Below, piece after piece: positions 20,123 through 30,503 of a stretch of DNA of 64,000 bases. Under the pieces are notes generated by a model that saw only the letters and a program-made list of their open reading frames with translations, was not told where the DNA came from and searched no databases. The position numbers and the translations under genes are program-made. This DNA comes from a bacterium. Its GTDB lineage: Bacteria; UBA8248. Every line of letters starts with the position of its first letter. Positions within the stretch are counted from its first letter, which is position 1. The stretch lies in contig CBDCRP010000002.1 in assembly GCA_965221165.1 (NCBI GenBank), positions 1,376,001 to 1,440,000 on the forward strand. The letters run 5' to 3'.

Positions 20123-21994
20123 CTAGGTGCTCACGCCCCACAGGGCTTCGGCGACATCTTCGAGGCCGAGTTCACGCAATAGCTCGGGCTTGGGACGGCC
20201 CGTCTCCCTGTCGTAGCCGGCCGTCTCGTACCATATATCGAGCATTTTCTCCCATTGATCCATGATCGAAACGCCCGCGATCGGTCCATCCACCGGCGTG
20301 GAACCGTATCGCTTGGATGGTTTTTCAACCTCCGGGCCGATGCCGCAGCGCAAATTGAACGCGCGCATCAAGGCGTTGATGCGTCGGCCGGTCTGCATCG
20401 CTTCATGCATGTCCACGTCCCATCCGGTGGCTGCCTGAATGGAGCGGCACAAGACATCCATCGGCGCGCGCGTAGTGAACACGCATGCCCCCAAGGAATC
20501 CTCATACGCGCGACGCCCTCTGAGACCGCCCACATGCTTGGGCACCTCCACCGCGTCCTGGGGATGCACACGCGCGGGGAGGCCGTAATCCGTCGGGAAC
20601 ACCGGGGGAGCCGTATCCATCGTTCCGCCCGAACCCGTGCATGTGTCTATCATCTCCTCCCAGCGGGAGCGGTGATCGTGCCCCCTGGGGGAATTGTTGA
20701 CTTCCGTATAGATGGCGCAATCCTGCGCGTCTCCGCCGAGTTTCTCCGCCGCGAGCTTGGTCCCCTCGGCCAAGAGATCGCCCATCCCCTCGCGCTTGCA
20801 GATCATCTCGAGCAATCTGTTCGCCCCGTCGATATCGCCCCACTCCAGGCGGAAGCCGAGGTCCTGGTCCGTGATAAAACCATTTTGCTGGCACTCCATC
20901 ACCCAGCCGCAGAGCCAGCCGAACTCGTTCACGTCCACGCAGGCGCGATCGAGCTGGGTGTTCATCCAGGAGACCTGCTGTGGATCCGTGGCGCCAATTG
21001 TCCAGCCCGCTCCCGACCAGCCTTCGTACTCGGGCTCATCGACGACCTGCCCTTTGTAAGGGCCCGAGGAGATGACCTGCATGTGGCAATGGTGCATGCC
21101 GCACGCGCTACACTGATGGCCACGGTGGTCAAAACCCTCGCGCAGTCCGTTGGCCTCCCATTGTTTCGTTTCGACTTCCTCGGGCCACACGTTCGTCGTG
21201 TAGTTTCGAATCGGGAGCGCGCCCATTCCCTGCAGGTTTCGGACGCCGCCCAGAGTGCCGTACAGATATAACCCCTTGGTGGAGGGATCGGTCTGGAGGC
21301 TGTGGGCAATATCGTCCGCGGCGGCGAAGAGCGCTCTGGGATGGGCGGCGGCGATTCCCTTTGTTCCGCGCTCGATTGCCACCGCCTTCATTTTTTTCTT
21401 TCCCATGACGGCACCGCAGCCGTTCTTGCTCGCTACGTGGCCGTAGTCGCCCTGTATGGCGGCGAAGCGCACGAGATTCTCGCCCGCGGGACCGATGCTG
21501 TACACGCTCAAATTATGGCCGCTCAGATTCAGCGTCTTCTCAAGCGATTGCTGCGTCTCCCAAGTGTCCTTGCCCAGCAACTCGGCGGCGTCGCGAAGCT
21601 CCACCCCGTCATCACGGATGTGGAGATAGACCCAATCGGGCGATTCTCCCTGGAACACGATGGCGTCATAGCCGCAATACTTGAGATTCGCACCGAAAAA
21701 ACCATTCGCCTGGGTGTTGGTCGCGCCATTGGTCATCGCGCCCCGCGTCACCACAGTAAGTCCGCCCGTTCCCCAAACCGGCAGACCCGCCAGAGGACCC
21801 GTGGCCAGAACAAGGCGATTTTCGGGATGATCCCAACCCACCTCGGACGGCACTTCCTCCCACAAAATCTTGGCGCCCAAGCCTGCGCCGCCCACCCATT
21901 TTCTGCGGTCGGCGACTTCGAATTTCTCTCCCCAAGCCTTCCCGCTCGAGAGATCGACCCGGAGGATTTCTCCTGCATATGCGTAATCAGTCAA
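20123..21994 (-). CDS. Tungsten aldehyde:ferredoxin oxidoreductase family catalytic subunit
   Basis: ILRVDLS, SIGPAGEN, GAVMG, EPEYE, REGMGDLLAEG, DSLGAC. Confidence 0.9.
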   Translation of the reverse strand: MTDYAYAGEILRVDLSSGKAWGEKFEVADRRKWVGGAGLGAKILWEEVPSEVGWDHPENRLVLATGPLAGLPVWGTGGLTVVTRGAMTNGATNTQANGFFGANLKYCGYDAIVFQGESPDWVYLHIRDDGVELRDAAELLGKDTWETQQSLEKTLNLSGHNLSVYSIGPAGENLVRFAAIQGDYGHVASKNGCGAVMGKKKMKAVAIERGTKGIAAAHPRALFAAADDIAHSLQTDPSTKGLYLYGTLGGVRNLQGMGALPIRNYTTNVWPEEVETKQWEANGLREGFDHRGHQCSACGMHHCHMQVISSGPYKGQVVDEPEYEGWSGAGWTIGATDPQQVSWMNTQLDRACVDVNEFGWLCGWVMECQQNGFITDQDLGFRLEWGDIDGANRLLEMICKREGMGDLLAEGTKLAAEKLGGDAQDCAIYTEVNNSPRGHDHRSRWEEMIDTCTGSGGTMDTAPPVFPTDYGLPARVHPQDAVEVPKHVGGLRGRRAYEDSLGACVFTTRAPMDVLCRSIQAATGWDVDMHEAMQTGRRINALMRAFNLRCGIGPEVEKPSKRYGSTPVDGPIAGVSIMDQWEKMLDIWYETAGYDRETGRPKPELLRELGLEDVAEALWGVST

Positions 21995-22011
21995 GGTATC
22001 GACCTCCTTGT

Positions 22012-23334
22012 TTATGAAGAGACGGTGATTTCACTCGCCGGCGCCGATGGCCGTCCCAAAATAGTTTCCGGCAGTAAGCCGCCCGCGGCGCCCGAGGCCA
22101 AAAACGCCCGTTTGACGTCAAACGGGTTTCTGCGCAAATGCTCTTTCCACTCCGAGATGTCCACCCCCGTGTACACGAGACCCTTGAGCATCCCCACATC
22201 GTTCGTCGTCCAGATTTCCCGGGTTTTCCCCAAGATGATGGCGCCGGTCAGTCTCCCGCCATGGAACAACAGCTTCCTGTAAGCGGGACGCTCCGCCTGC
22301 GTAACTTCAAAGACCTCGGCGTCCGCATCATCCCAGGCACCGAAGCTGGCGATCTCCAAATCTAGGACATCCACGATGTTCATGAGCAGACTGCCCTTGT
22401 ACGCAACCTCCTGGCCCGCCATGTTGGCCGCCGCCACGCGCCCATGCTGCATGGCGGTGGGTTCGATGGCGTGTACGACCTTCTCGCCCGTGACGGCGTC
22501 GGGACCTTCCGCGATATCACCCGCCGCGTAGATGTTCTCCACACTCGTGCGGCAACGTTCATCCACCAGAATGCCCTGATTGGTCTCGAGGCCGCTGCCC
22601 GCCACCCAATCGATGTTGGGCTTGATGCCCGTGGCCATGATGACCAGGTCGACTTCCAGATCGGGGCCTTCCTTGAACTTGAGGAGTTTGGCGTCTCCCT
22701 TGTCCTCAATAGAGGCCACTTGCGTCGAGGTTCTCACTTCCACGCCTCGATCGTTCAGCCAGTCCTGAACGATTCCGGCGCCCGTATCGTCTATCATGCG
22801 CGGCAGGATGCGCGATTCAAGTTCCACCACGGTGAGCTTGACTCCCTGATTCACCAGGGCGTTCAGAATCGTGAAGGCGATGAATCCCGCTCCGATCATC
22901 GCGACGCGAGCACCCTCGCCCACGCAGGACGCTACGGCGCGCGCTTGGGGAAACGTCCAGAAGCTGTGCACGTTCTTCCCGTCCGCTCCCGGCACGGGCG
23001 CTTTCACCGGCGAAGAACCCGTGGCAATCAGAAGATTGTCATACTCAATCTCGTCGCCCCCCTCAAGAATGAGCTTGTTGGCGGATGCGTCGATTCCCTC
23101 GGCGCGCGCGCCGAGCCTCGCATCCACATTCAACGCGGCGAGCTTGGGAGGGGAGGCGATGTAGACATGTGATTCCGCGATATCCCGCGCCAAATAGTAG
23201 GGCAACACCATCCGTGAATACGGCGTCTCATCCGCAACGAGGACAATATCGGAATCGCCTTTATCCAGTTCCCTGAGGGTGGTGATGGCGTTCCAGCCGG
23301 CGGTTCCACCCCCCACGATGACATGTCTGGCCAT
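22012..23334 (-). CDS. FAD/NAD(P)H-dependent oxidoreductase (AorC-like)
   Basis: GGGTAG, LLIATGS, IGAGFI, IYAAGD. Confidence 0.9.
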   Translation of the reverse strand: MARHVIVGGGTAGWNAITTLRELDKGDSDIVLVADETPYSRMVLPYYLARDIAESHVYIASPPKLAALNVDARLGARAEGIDASANKLILEGGDEIEYDNLLIATGSSPVKAPVPGADGKNVHSFWTFPQARAVASCVGEGARVAMIGAGFIAFTILNALVNQGVKLTVVELESRILPRMIDDTGAGIVQDWLNDRGVEVRTSTQVASIEDKGDAKLLKFKEGPDLEVDLVIMATGIKPNIDWVAGSGLETNQGILVDERCRTSVENIYAAGDIAEGPDAVTGEKVVHAIEPTAMQHGRVAAANMAGQEVAYKGSLLMNIVDVLDLEIASFGAWDDADAEVFEVTQAERPAYRKLLFHGGRLTGAIILGKTREIWTTNDVGMLKGLVYTGVDISEWKEHLRRNPFDVKRAFLASGAAGGLLPETILGRPSAPASEITVSS

Positions 23335-23336
23335 GA

Positions 23337-23816
23337 TCAGAGCACCCCCGCAAGCGGCCCGGCGGGTGACTTCGCCCGTTCCGCGGCAAAGGGCCCGACC
23401 CAGTCGGTCTTATCGGCCTCTTGATAAAGAATGGCGCCGGTGGGGCACACGGACGCGCACGCGGGATTTCCCCCGCACAAGTCGCACTTGAACGCCTTGT
23501 GGGTATCCATGTCGTAGAACATCGTTCCATAGGGACAAGCGATGGTGCAGAGCTTACAACCCACGCAAATGTCATCCGCCACATCCTTCGCCCCGGCCGG
23601 TGAGATGCCGATCGCTTCGACCGGACACGCCGTCAGGCACCAGGCCTCGTCGCACTGCGGACACGTGTAGGGCGCGTAGCTCGTGTGGCCTTCGAACGAA
23701 GAGACGCGAATCACCGCTTTAGATGGTTGGAACGTCCCCGTCTGTTCGTATGAGCACGCGAGTTCGCATCGCATGCAGCCAGTGCACTTCTCGGGAATGA
23801 TCTTGAGTATTTTCAT
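23337..23816 (-). CDS. 4x[4Fe-4S] ferredoxin subunit (AorA-like)
   Basis: CTGCMRCELAC, CPQC...CLTACP, CVGCKLCTIACP, KCDLC...CASVCP. Confidence 0.92.
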   Translation of the reverse strand: MKILKIIPEKCTGCMRCELACSYEQTGTFQPSKAVIRVSSFEGHTSYAPYTCPQCDEAWCLTACPVEAIGISPAGAKDVADDICVGCKLCTIACPYGTMFYDMDTHKAFKCDLCGGNPACASVCPTGAILYQEADKTDWVGPFAAERAKSPAGPLAGVL

Positions 23817-23975
23817 CGCACCCCCACGATTTTTTGAAGGGGCTTCCCGCATCACATCTCATAGATATCGATGCGGAAAGCACATTGTTGGAAGAATGAA
23901 GACGGCGTCATTCTCGCAGAGACGGACGACCCGGGTCAAACGAAAATCCCGATGTTCAGGCGCACGCACGTAGCA

Positions 23976-24857
23976 TCAACCACCCGACGTCACCAAAGCG
24001 GCCCCCGCCACGACGATGAGCGTGGCCACCACCAAGCGCTTCGTGATGACTTCCAGATCGCGCAGCAACACCACCGACAGCAAAATAACGAAAATCGGGG
24101 TCATGCGAACAAGCGGGGAAATCACCGTGAGCTGCCCATCGCGCAGCGAGGTCCAGAACAACACGGCGGACAAGAGCGCCAACAAGCCCGCCGGGACGCA
24201 CGCCACCGCGATCTGCGCGTTCCAATTAAATTTCTGGGCGCTCGAGGCGAAGCGCGAGGAAATCAGCAAACCCATGTTGGCGATCAGCGTGGCTACGAGA
24301 ATGCCCAGCCAGGGCGCATTCATGGCAGCCAGCCCGGCTTTTCGAAGATAGGGCGTGAAGCTGAAAGCCGCCATCGCGATGAAAGCGAACGTATAACGCT
24401 TCAGCGAATGTCCTCCGGTTCCCCGCTCACCGGTGAGCCAGATCATCCCGATGACGATGAGTGCGATTCCCACCCAGACGCCCGCGCCAGGGCGCTCGCC
24501 CAGAATCACAACGCCCATCACCGCCGCCCCGATGGGCGTCGCCGCCACGAGCGCGTTCGTCCTGCTCACCCCGATGTCCGCGCTCGAGCGAAGAGCGCTA
24601 TAGCGCGCCACGAGATTTCCCACCGCGCCGGTGAAGAGAAAAAAGACGAGAGCGGCCACCCAATCACCCTCATAGATATCGAATAATGGAGAAAAGAGTG
24701 CAGCGAGAACCGCCATCCACCCATTCACCCAAAACGTAATCGTGAGCGCCGAGGCGCGTTCGAGAAATCTGCGGATGAGAATTTGATTGTACGCGAACAG
24801 AAAAGCGCCCAACAGTGCACGAAATTCCGGCGGCGCGTCCACGATAAAATTCACCAT
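23976..24857 (-). CDS. DMT/EamA family transporter
   Basis: About 10 hydrophobic segments; ILGER and LLRDLE repeat ends. Confidence 0.85.
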   Translation of the reverse strand: MVNFIVDAPPEFRALLGAFLFAYNQILIRRFLERASALTITFWVNGWMAVLAALFSPLFDIYEGDWVAALVFFLFTGAVGNLVARYSALRSSADIGVSRTNALVAATPIGAAVMGVVILGERPGAGVWVGIALIVIGMIWLTGERGTGGHSLKRYTFAFIAMAAFSFTPYLRKAGLAAMNAPWLGILVATLIANMGLLISSRFASSAQKFNWNAQIAVACVPAGLLALLSAVLFWTSLRDGQLTVISPLVRMTPIFVILLSVVLLRDLEVITKRLVVATLIVVAGAALVTSGG

Positions 24858-25026
24858 GTCAACGACCCCCTGAAATCCGAAAATCACTCGCATGGAAAAG
24901 ACACTAATAAGGCGGCTGAATCGAATCAGCCATCAAAACAAATGAAGTGATCGACTCGGGCGATAGCACCCATCGCCTCGCCGCCTAAAGTAAAATGGCG
25001 AACCCTCGCGCAGGGCGCAAGAGGAC

Positions 25027-25911
25027 CTACCTGCCCAGTATGACCAGCACAGCGCCCTCCACGGCGAGCAGCCCCCCGGCGATCACGCGCAAATTGATGC
25101 GTTCCAGCCTTTGATAAAAAATCCAGGAAAATATTATCAAGAATAAAATCGAGAGCCTGTTTATCGGAATCACCTCAACGAGCTTTCCATTTTTAATGGC
25201 GAGCCAAAAGGCGTATGCCGATATGATGTTGAAAATCCCTCCGATGATGACCGCCCATACGCTCTTTTTGTTCCAGGTTTTGGGGTTGAGCTCATGATTT
25301 TCAACAAACGGTATGGAGCCGAGTTGGAGAAGCGCGCCCGCGAACGCCGTGGTGGCGATGCCGAAAGCGGGCGAGGGAATCGTCTGAAACGCGAACTTGC
25401 GCAAAGGCGGAGCGAAGGAGAAAAAAAAAGCCGCCAGAAGCGGTATGAGGTAATGCCAAAATGGAGCGCGCTTGCCTCCTGTCCCCCTCTCCTGCACCAG
25501 GAGTATCGCGCCCAATACAATGGCGAAAGTACCCAGAGCAATCGGGAAGGTTATCGTCTCGCCAAGCAGAAGCACGGCCAGCAGAGCGCTCCAGATGGGA
25601 TGGACTTGCAACAAAATCTGAGAACGCGCCATCCCGATGAGCGTGGCGGAGATGAAATTCAGGTTTCTCGATAAAAAATGAGAGCAAAGCCCCGCCAGCA
25701 CAAACCATAAAATCCCCTCCAAGGGCCATTTTTCGAGACCCGCGCCCAGTATGTAAATGGTCGAGGCGTAGGTTACCAGCATCAAGTTACTCAAGAAGGT
25801 AAGCGCCTTGGGCCCCATCCACTGAAGGGCCCCTCGGTAGACCGTCTGAGCCGCAGCCAAAAAGACACCGGATAAAAACGACAAAAAAACCGGAGGGAGT
25901 GATTCGAGCAA
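25027..25911 (-). CDS. DMT/EamA family transporter
   Basis: About 10 TM segments, LLLGETI; start approximate. Confidence 0.8.
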   Translation of the reverse strand: MLESLPPVFLSFLSGVFLAAAQTVYRGALQWMGPKALTFLSNLMLVTYASTIYILGAGLEKWPLEGILWFVLAGLCSHFLSRNLNFISATLIGMARSQILLQVHPIWSALLAVLLLGETITFPIALGTFAIVLGAILLVQERGTGGKRAPFWHYLIPLLAAFFFSFAPPLRKFAFQTIPSPAFGIATTAFAGALLQLGSIPFVENHELNPKTWNKKSVWAVIIGGIFNIISAYAFWLAIKNGKLVEVIPINRLSILFLIIFSWIFYQRLERINLRVIAGGLLAVEGAVLVILGR

Positions 25912-26052
25912 AGGCCATCCAAGAGATAAAGGGATGTAATAAATCGATAGGTGCGCATTATGGCACGAGAAAGCTCCGCCTGAAATCGGCGCCTCCAAGC
26001 AAAACTGGATGTCGCATGATATATTTTGAACTCCTGATTCCATTCGAGGATA

Positions 26053-26733
26053 GTGAAAATGTCACAGAACTCTTCAAGACCCGCCACGGAAATTTTTCCC
26101 GAATACGCCCTGTTACCCGGAATGTACGCCCGGGAAGTGGAGGGCCTCACGCAAGAACAACTCGATCTGAAGCAACCCGGCAAAAGCTGGGGTCTGTGGT
26201 CAATACGCGAGCAGGTCAGCCATATGGGATACGTGAACTACAGATGGTTCTTGCAGGTTTGGGGGAAATCCTTGTTTAGAGAGGAACTGCCGAGGCCGAG
26301 TTCTCTATACGACACGGGTGGTGCGGATCGTCTCCTCGATCCAGAACGATTTCATGAGATCGGGGATTTGCTCACGGCTTATGAGGACGGCTGCCATTTG
26401 GCTCTGGATATTCTGAAAAACGAAACCAGAGAATCACTTCGGGAAAAAACCAAAGAAAGGGTCGTTCCTCGAAACTACGAATGGCCCTCGGGCGATAAGT
26501 ATATCGACTGGCTTCAAAACGTTGTGCTCAAAATCCACCCCGATGGTTTCCAGCAAGACGAGAATAAAAACAACGTTTTTCACTACAACCTGGAATGGAC
26601 CTTTCGCCATGTGCTCTGGGAGGGGTTTGCCCACCTCAAAACCATCCAGGCGCACAAACGAGCGCAGGGAATCGAGGTCAAGACAGCGCTGGATGACAGC
26701 GTGGGCTACCTCGCCGCGCTCACCTGGGAGTGA
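26053..26733 (+). CDS. DinB/YfiT superfamily protein
   Basis: GLTQEQLD...WSIREQVSHM; C-terminal RHVLWEGFAH. Confidence 0.7.
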   Translation: MKMSQNSSRPATEIFPEYALLPGMYAREVEGLTQEQLDLKQPGKSWGLWSIREQVSHMGYVNYRWFLQVWGKSLFREELPRPSSLYDTGGADRLLDPERFHEIGDLLTAYEDGCHLALDILKNETRESLREKTKERVVPRNYEWPSGDKYIDWLQNVVLKIHPDGFQQDENKNNVFHYNLEWTFRHVLWEGFAHLKTIQAHKRAQGIEVKTALDDSVGYLAALTWE

Positions 26734-27262
26734 GCATCCGCTGAACCAAGTTCTCGGGCGCATCATCGACCGAGAATAGATTTAAACTTTTCTGCGAGAT
26801 GAAACCCTCCTCGTGCGTATGGCGTAAAAATCGAAGCAAAGGATCGTAATAGCCACGAATGTTGAGTAAGCCGATGGGCTTTTCGTGATATCCGAGTTGA
26901 AGCCAAGTGAGCATCTCCATGGTCTCCTCCAGCGTACCGAGTCCTCCCGGCAGCGCGATGAACCCACCGGCCAATTCCGCCATCAACGCTTTTCTCTCAT
27001 GCATCGTGTGTACAACGTGAAGTTGGGTGAGTCCCTCATGAGCGATTTCCATGTCCATCAATTTATCGGGAATCACTCCGGTAATCTCACCTCCGCTCTC
27101 GAGCACGGCGTCGGCCAAAACCCCCATCAGCCCGATAGCACCCGCCCCATACACCACGCCGATTCCGCGTGCACCCAAAGTTTGTCCCAGGACTCGCGCC
27201 GCCTCCCGGTACTCAGGCCGAACGCCCTTTGACGAACCGGCGAAAACACATATTCGCTTCAA
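26720..27262 (-). CDS. LOG family nucleotide phosphoribohydrolase (TIGR00730-like)
   Basis: ICVFAGSS, GLMG, MHERKALM, PGGLGTLEE. Confidence 0.93.
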   Translation of the reverse strand: MKRICVFAGSSKGVRPEYREAARVLGQTLGARGIGVVYGAGAIGLMGVLADAVLESGGEITGVIPDKLMDMEIAHEGLTQLHVVHTMHERKALMAELAGGFIALPGGLGTLEETMEMLTWLQLGYHEKPIGLLNIRGYYDPLLRFLRHTHEEGFISQKSLNLFSVDDAPENLVQRMLTPR

Positions 27263-27386
27263 GCAAATTTCCTCCCCGACAGCCGCCGAACGGGCGGCAC
27301 GTCGACATTGTGTGATCCTTCTTTCTATTCCCACCCGCTGGGGTGGTTGGCGTCCGTCATGTTACTACCGATAGAATCGACTTGCC

Positions 27387-28115
27387 ATGAAAATCCTCAT
27401 CTGGAACATCATGCACGGCGGCGGACGCCGGGTGCCCGCCATCGTGGAGCGCATCCACAGAGCCAAGCCCGACCTCCTCATACTGACGGAGTTCCGGGGT
27501 ACTCCGCCCAGCTGGGAGATCGCCGCCCGAATAAAGGAAATGGGACTTTCCCAACAACTAAAGACGACATCCGAAAGCCAACCGGCCAAAAACGCCTTAC
27601 TCCTCGCATCACGCTGGCCACTCAAGCGCATTCACTGGAAGAGATCGCCTGAACCCCAAGAGCGCCGCCTGCTCGCCCACGTTCGCGCGCCTACGCCCAT
27701 CACCATCGCCGCCGTTCATGTGCTCAACCGCGTGAGCGGAAAAAAATATCCCTTCCTGGATGCGCTTTGCGATTTGGCGCGTCGCTGGCGCGGGGGCGGC
27801 GCCATGATGGTGGGTGATTACAACACCGGGCGAATCGGCGAGGACGAGAGCGTAAAATGCTTCAACCGGCGCGAAGATGATTTTATGACCACCATGTCGA
27901 AAACGGGCTGGGTGGATGCCTACCGCAGCATCCACGGCCAAAAACACGCCTATACCTGGCGTGCGCCCGGCGGGGGAGGACGCTTCCGGCTGGATCATGC
28001 GTTCATCAATCGCCGCGCGCAAGGCAGGCTGCTCGACGCGCGCATCGATTGGCCGCCGGGAGACCCGAGGCCGCCGAGCGATCATGCCGCTTTGTGGATC
28101 ACATTGAAAGATTGA
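27387..28115 (+). CDS. Endonuclease/exonuclease/phosphatase (ExoIII-like) family protein
   Basis: WNI, LTE, GDYN, YTW, RLDH, SDH. Confidence 0.85.
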   Translation: MKILIWNIMHGGGRRVPAIVERIHRAKPDLLILTEFRGTPPSWEIAARIKEMGLSQQLKTTSESQPAKNALLLASRWPLKRIHWKRSPEPQERRLLAHVRAPTPITIAAVHVLNRVSGKKYPFLDALCDLARRWRGGGAMMVGDYNTGRIGEDESVKCFNRREDDFMTTMSKTGWVDAYRSIHGQKHAYTWRAPGGGGRFRLDHAFINRRAQGRLLDARIDWPPGDPRPPSDHAALWITLKD

Positions 28116-28169
28116 TTCCGGAAGTAGTAGAACAAGGCGGTTTCTTTTGAGCAGACGGAGGAAAAGTCC

Positions 28170-29348
28170 GTGAGTAGACCCCTTGAGGGCGTCAAGGTCT
28201 TGGACCTGACCCGCCTCGTATCGGGTGGCATGTACGGCATGCTGCTGGCCGATGCCGGCGCCGACGTAGTCAAGGTCGAAGTCCCGGGACGCGGAGATAC
28301 GCTGCGCGCGTGGAACCCGTACTGGTGGAAGGTCTATGGCCGGGGAAAACGATCCATCACGGTGGACCTCGGCAAACCAAGAGGGCAAGACCTCATCCGA
28401 AAGTTGGCAGTCCGGGCGGACGTTCTCGCCGAGAATTTCTTTGTGGGCAAGCTCGAAAGCTGGGGCCTGGGCCCGGATGAATTATGGGAGGTGAACCCGA
28501 GGCTCATCATCGTCCGGATATCCGGATGGGGACAAGACGGCCCTTATCGAGACAAGCCGGGCTTCGGCACCCTGGTGGAGGCGATGTCGGGCTTCGCCGA
28601 TATGAACGGATACCCCGATTCCCCTCCCCTGGCCGCGCCCCAGCCCCTGGCCGATATGACGGCGGCGCTCCAGGGCGTCGCCTCCACCATGTTCGCGCTC
28701 TATCATCGCGACGCTCTGGGAGGCGACAAGGGACAGGTTATCGACCTGGCGCTCTACGAACCGCTCTTCACGATGCTGGGTCCCCAGGCGGCCCGCTATC
28801 TCATCGACGGGCAAAAACGCCCCCGTCTGGGCAACCGCTCCGAAAACTCCGCGCCCAGAAACATCTATCCCACGAGCGACGGGAAGTGGGTGGCGATTTC
28901 CGCATCCACCCAGCCGATGTATGAGCGCCTCGCCCGCGCTCTGGGGCGTGAAGACCTCATCACCGACGAGCGATTCATGAACAACGAGGCGCGCGTCGTG
29001 AACCAGGACGAACTCGATAACATCGTGGCCGATGCGATAGGAAAGCATAGTTGTGATGAGAATATGGAGAGATTCAATGCGGGCGGCGTCACGGCGAGCC
29101 CCGTCTATGACATCGAAGACATTCTGGCAGATCCCCACTTTCAGGCGAGAAACCTGGTGCGCCATGTGCCGGACGCGGATTTCGGCTCCGTGCCCATGCA
29201 GGGCGCCTTTCCAAGGATGTCGGAAACGCCCCTCGACATCGCCTGGACGGGGCCGGCCCTGGGAGAGCATACCGAAAAAATACTCACCGAGTGGCTGGGT
29301 TTGGCGCCCCCGGAAATCGAGCGTCTTCGAAACGAGGACGTGGTGTAA
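28170..29348 (+). CDS. CaiB/BaiF (family III) CoA-transferase
   Basis: PLEGVKVLDL, GADVVKVE, RGKRSITVDL, ADVLAENF, LAD, PALGEHT. Confidence 0.93.
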   Translation: MSRPLEGVKVLDLTRLVSGGMYGMLLADAGADVVKVEVPGRGDTLRAWNPYWWKVYGRGKRSITVDLGKPRGQDLIRKLAVRADVLAENFFVGKLESWGLGPDELWEVNPRLIIVRISGWGQDGPYRDKPGFGTLVEAMSGFADMNGYPDSPPLAAPQPLADMTAALQGVASTMFALYHRDALGGDKGQVIDLALYEPLFTMLGPQAARYLIDGQKRPRLGNRSENSAPRNIYPTSDGKWVAISASTQPMYERLARALGREDLITDERFMNNEARVVNQDELDNIVADAIGKHSCDENMERFNAGGVTASPVYDIEDILADPHFQARNLVRHVPDADFGSVPMQGAFPRMSETPLDIAWTGPALGEHTEKILTEWLGLAPPEIERLRNEDVV

Positions 29349-29350
29349 AA

Positions 29351-30193
29351 TTATCCCTTGGAAAACAGAACGACAGACCCGATGGCGAAGATGACCCCCA
29401 CCCCTTTTCTCGGCGTTAATTTCTCCTTGAGGAAGATGATGGCGAGCACCCCGGTCAACACGAAACTCAACTGGGCGATGGGCGCCACGACGACCGCCTC
29501 GCCATAGGTGAACCCCACGGCGATGGCCACATAACTCGAAGAGGTGAGAACGCCGCACACGAAGGGCACCCACAGCGGCACGCCGCGCCTGGGCAGTGGA
29601 TCTTTTTGCAGGAGCGCGAAGGGCACGGCCATGCAGAAGACGCCCACGCTTTGGGCGGCCGTCATCATGGCGGGTTTGGCGCCCATTCCGAGTCCCAGCT
29701 TATAGAGAAGCCCGATGACGCCGAACATGCACATGGCGCCAATGGCCAGGACGACGGAGCGCTTGTCTCCGACGGAGGCCGCCACGCCGCTGCCGCCCAA
29801 AATCACGGCGAGAGCCGCCAAGACCAGGGCGAGGCCCTTGATGAGGTTGACGCTCTCGCCCAGAAAAAAAATCGTCAGGGCGGCCGTTACCGCGAAATTC
29901 AGGCGGACGATCGGCACGAGCGCCACCGCCTCGCCACGCCGAAGGGCGAGCAAGACGAATAAAAACGCGGTGAACGCCAAAATACCGTTGATGAATCCAA
30001 AGGCGAGGCCCGGATTCCAGAGCAACTCCTCGCGATAATAGGCCAGGCCGAACGCGTTGGGCAGGTACGCCATGTTTTGCAGGAACATGAAGGGGCCGCT
30101 GCGCATCTCCCACTGCTGACCCCATTTATAGAGAAAGTCATTGACGCCGAGAAAACACAACGACATGAGCGCGAAGACGACTTCGGGCGGCAT
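29351..30193 (-). CDS. DMT/EamA family transporter
   Basis: About 10 TM segments; FLGE and FLKEK repeat ends. Confidence 0.85.
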   Translation of the reverse strand: MPPEVVFALMSLCFLGVNDFLYKWGQQWEMRSGPFMFLQNMAYLPNAFGLAYYREELLWNPGLAFGFINGILAFTAFLFVLLALRRGEAVALVPIVRLNFAVTAALTIFFLGESVNLIKGLALVLAALAVILGGSGVAASVGDKRSVVLAIGAMCMFGVIGLLYKLGLGMGAKPAMMTAAQSVGVFCMAVPFALLQKDPLPRRGVPLWVPFVCGVLTSSSYVAIAVGFTYGEAVVVAPIAQLSFVLTGVLAIIFLKEKLTPRKGVGVIFAIGSVVLFSKG

Positions 30194-30309
30194 ACGCGAC
30201 TCCCCGGCGCGGACATCCCTGCTCGCCACGCGCACCTCTTGGCTGATGGGGGGATTAAAGCGCCCTCGATTCTGAGAAACTCCAAAGGGCAGGCTTCAAA
30301 AACGAAAAA

Positions 30310-30338
30310 ATGATACGGCTCCCACCCCGGGGTGTCAA
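30310..30338 (-). promoter_or_regulatory. Sigma70-type promoter for the EamA gene
   Basis: Minus strand TTGACA-17 nt-TATCAT. Confidence 0.65.
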
Positions 30339-30503
30339 CGGGATGAATAGCGGCGGGATGCCCCCATTTTCCGTGATCCGACCGACTCGGCGTAACCCCC
30401 GGGGCGTAAAACATGCTATCTTGGAGCCGAGATTCCCATGAGGCCGTTGCAATCCGAAAACCTAAGTGTTTTTCTTTCATCTTTCACCTGAGGAGCCGGG
30501 GGG

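Noticed and set aside
30325-30405. CCCCGGGG-bounded possible ncRNA
   Set aside because: No recognisable RNA family; the left copy is simply the spacer of a sigma70 promoter
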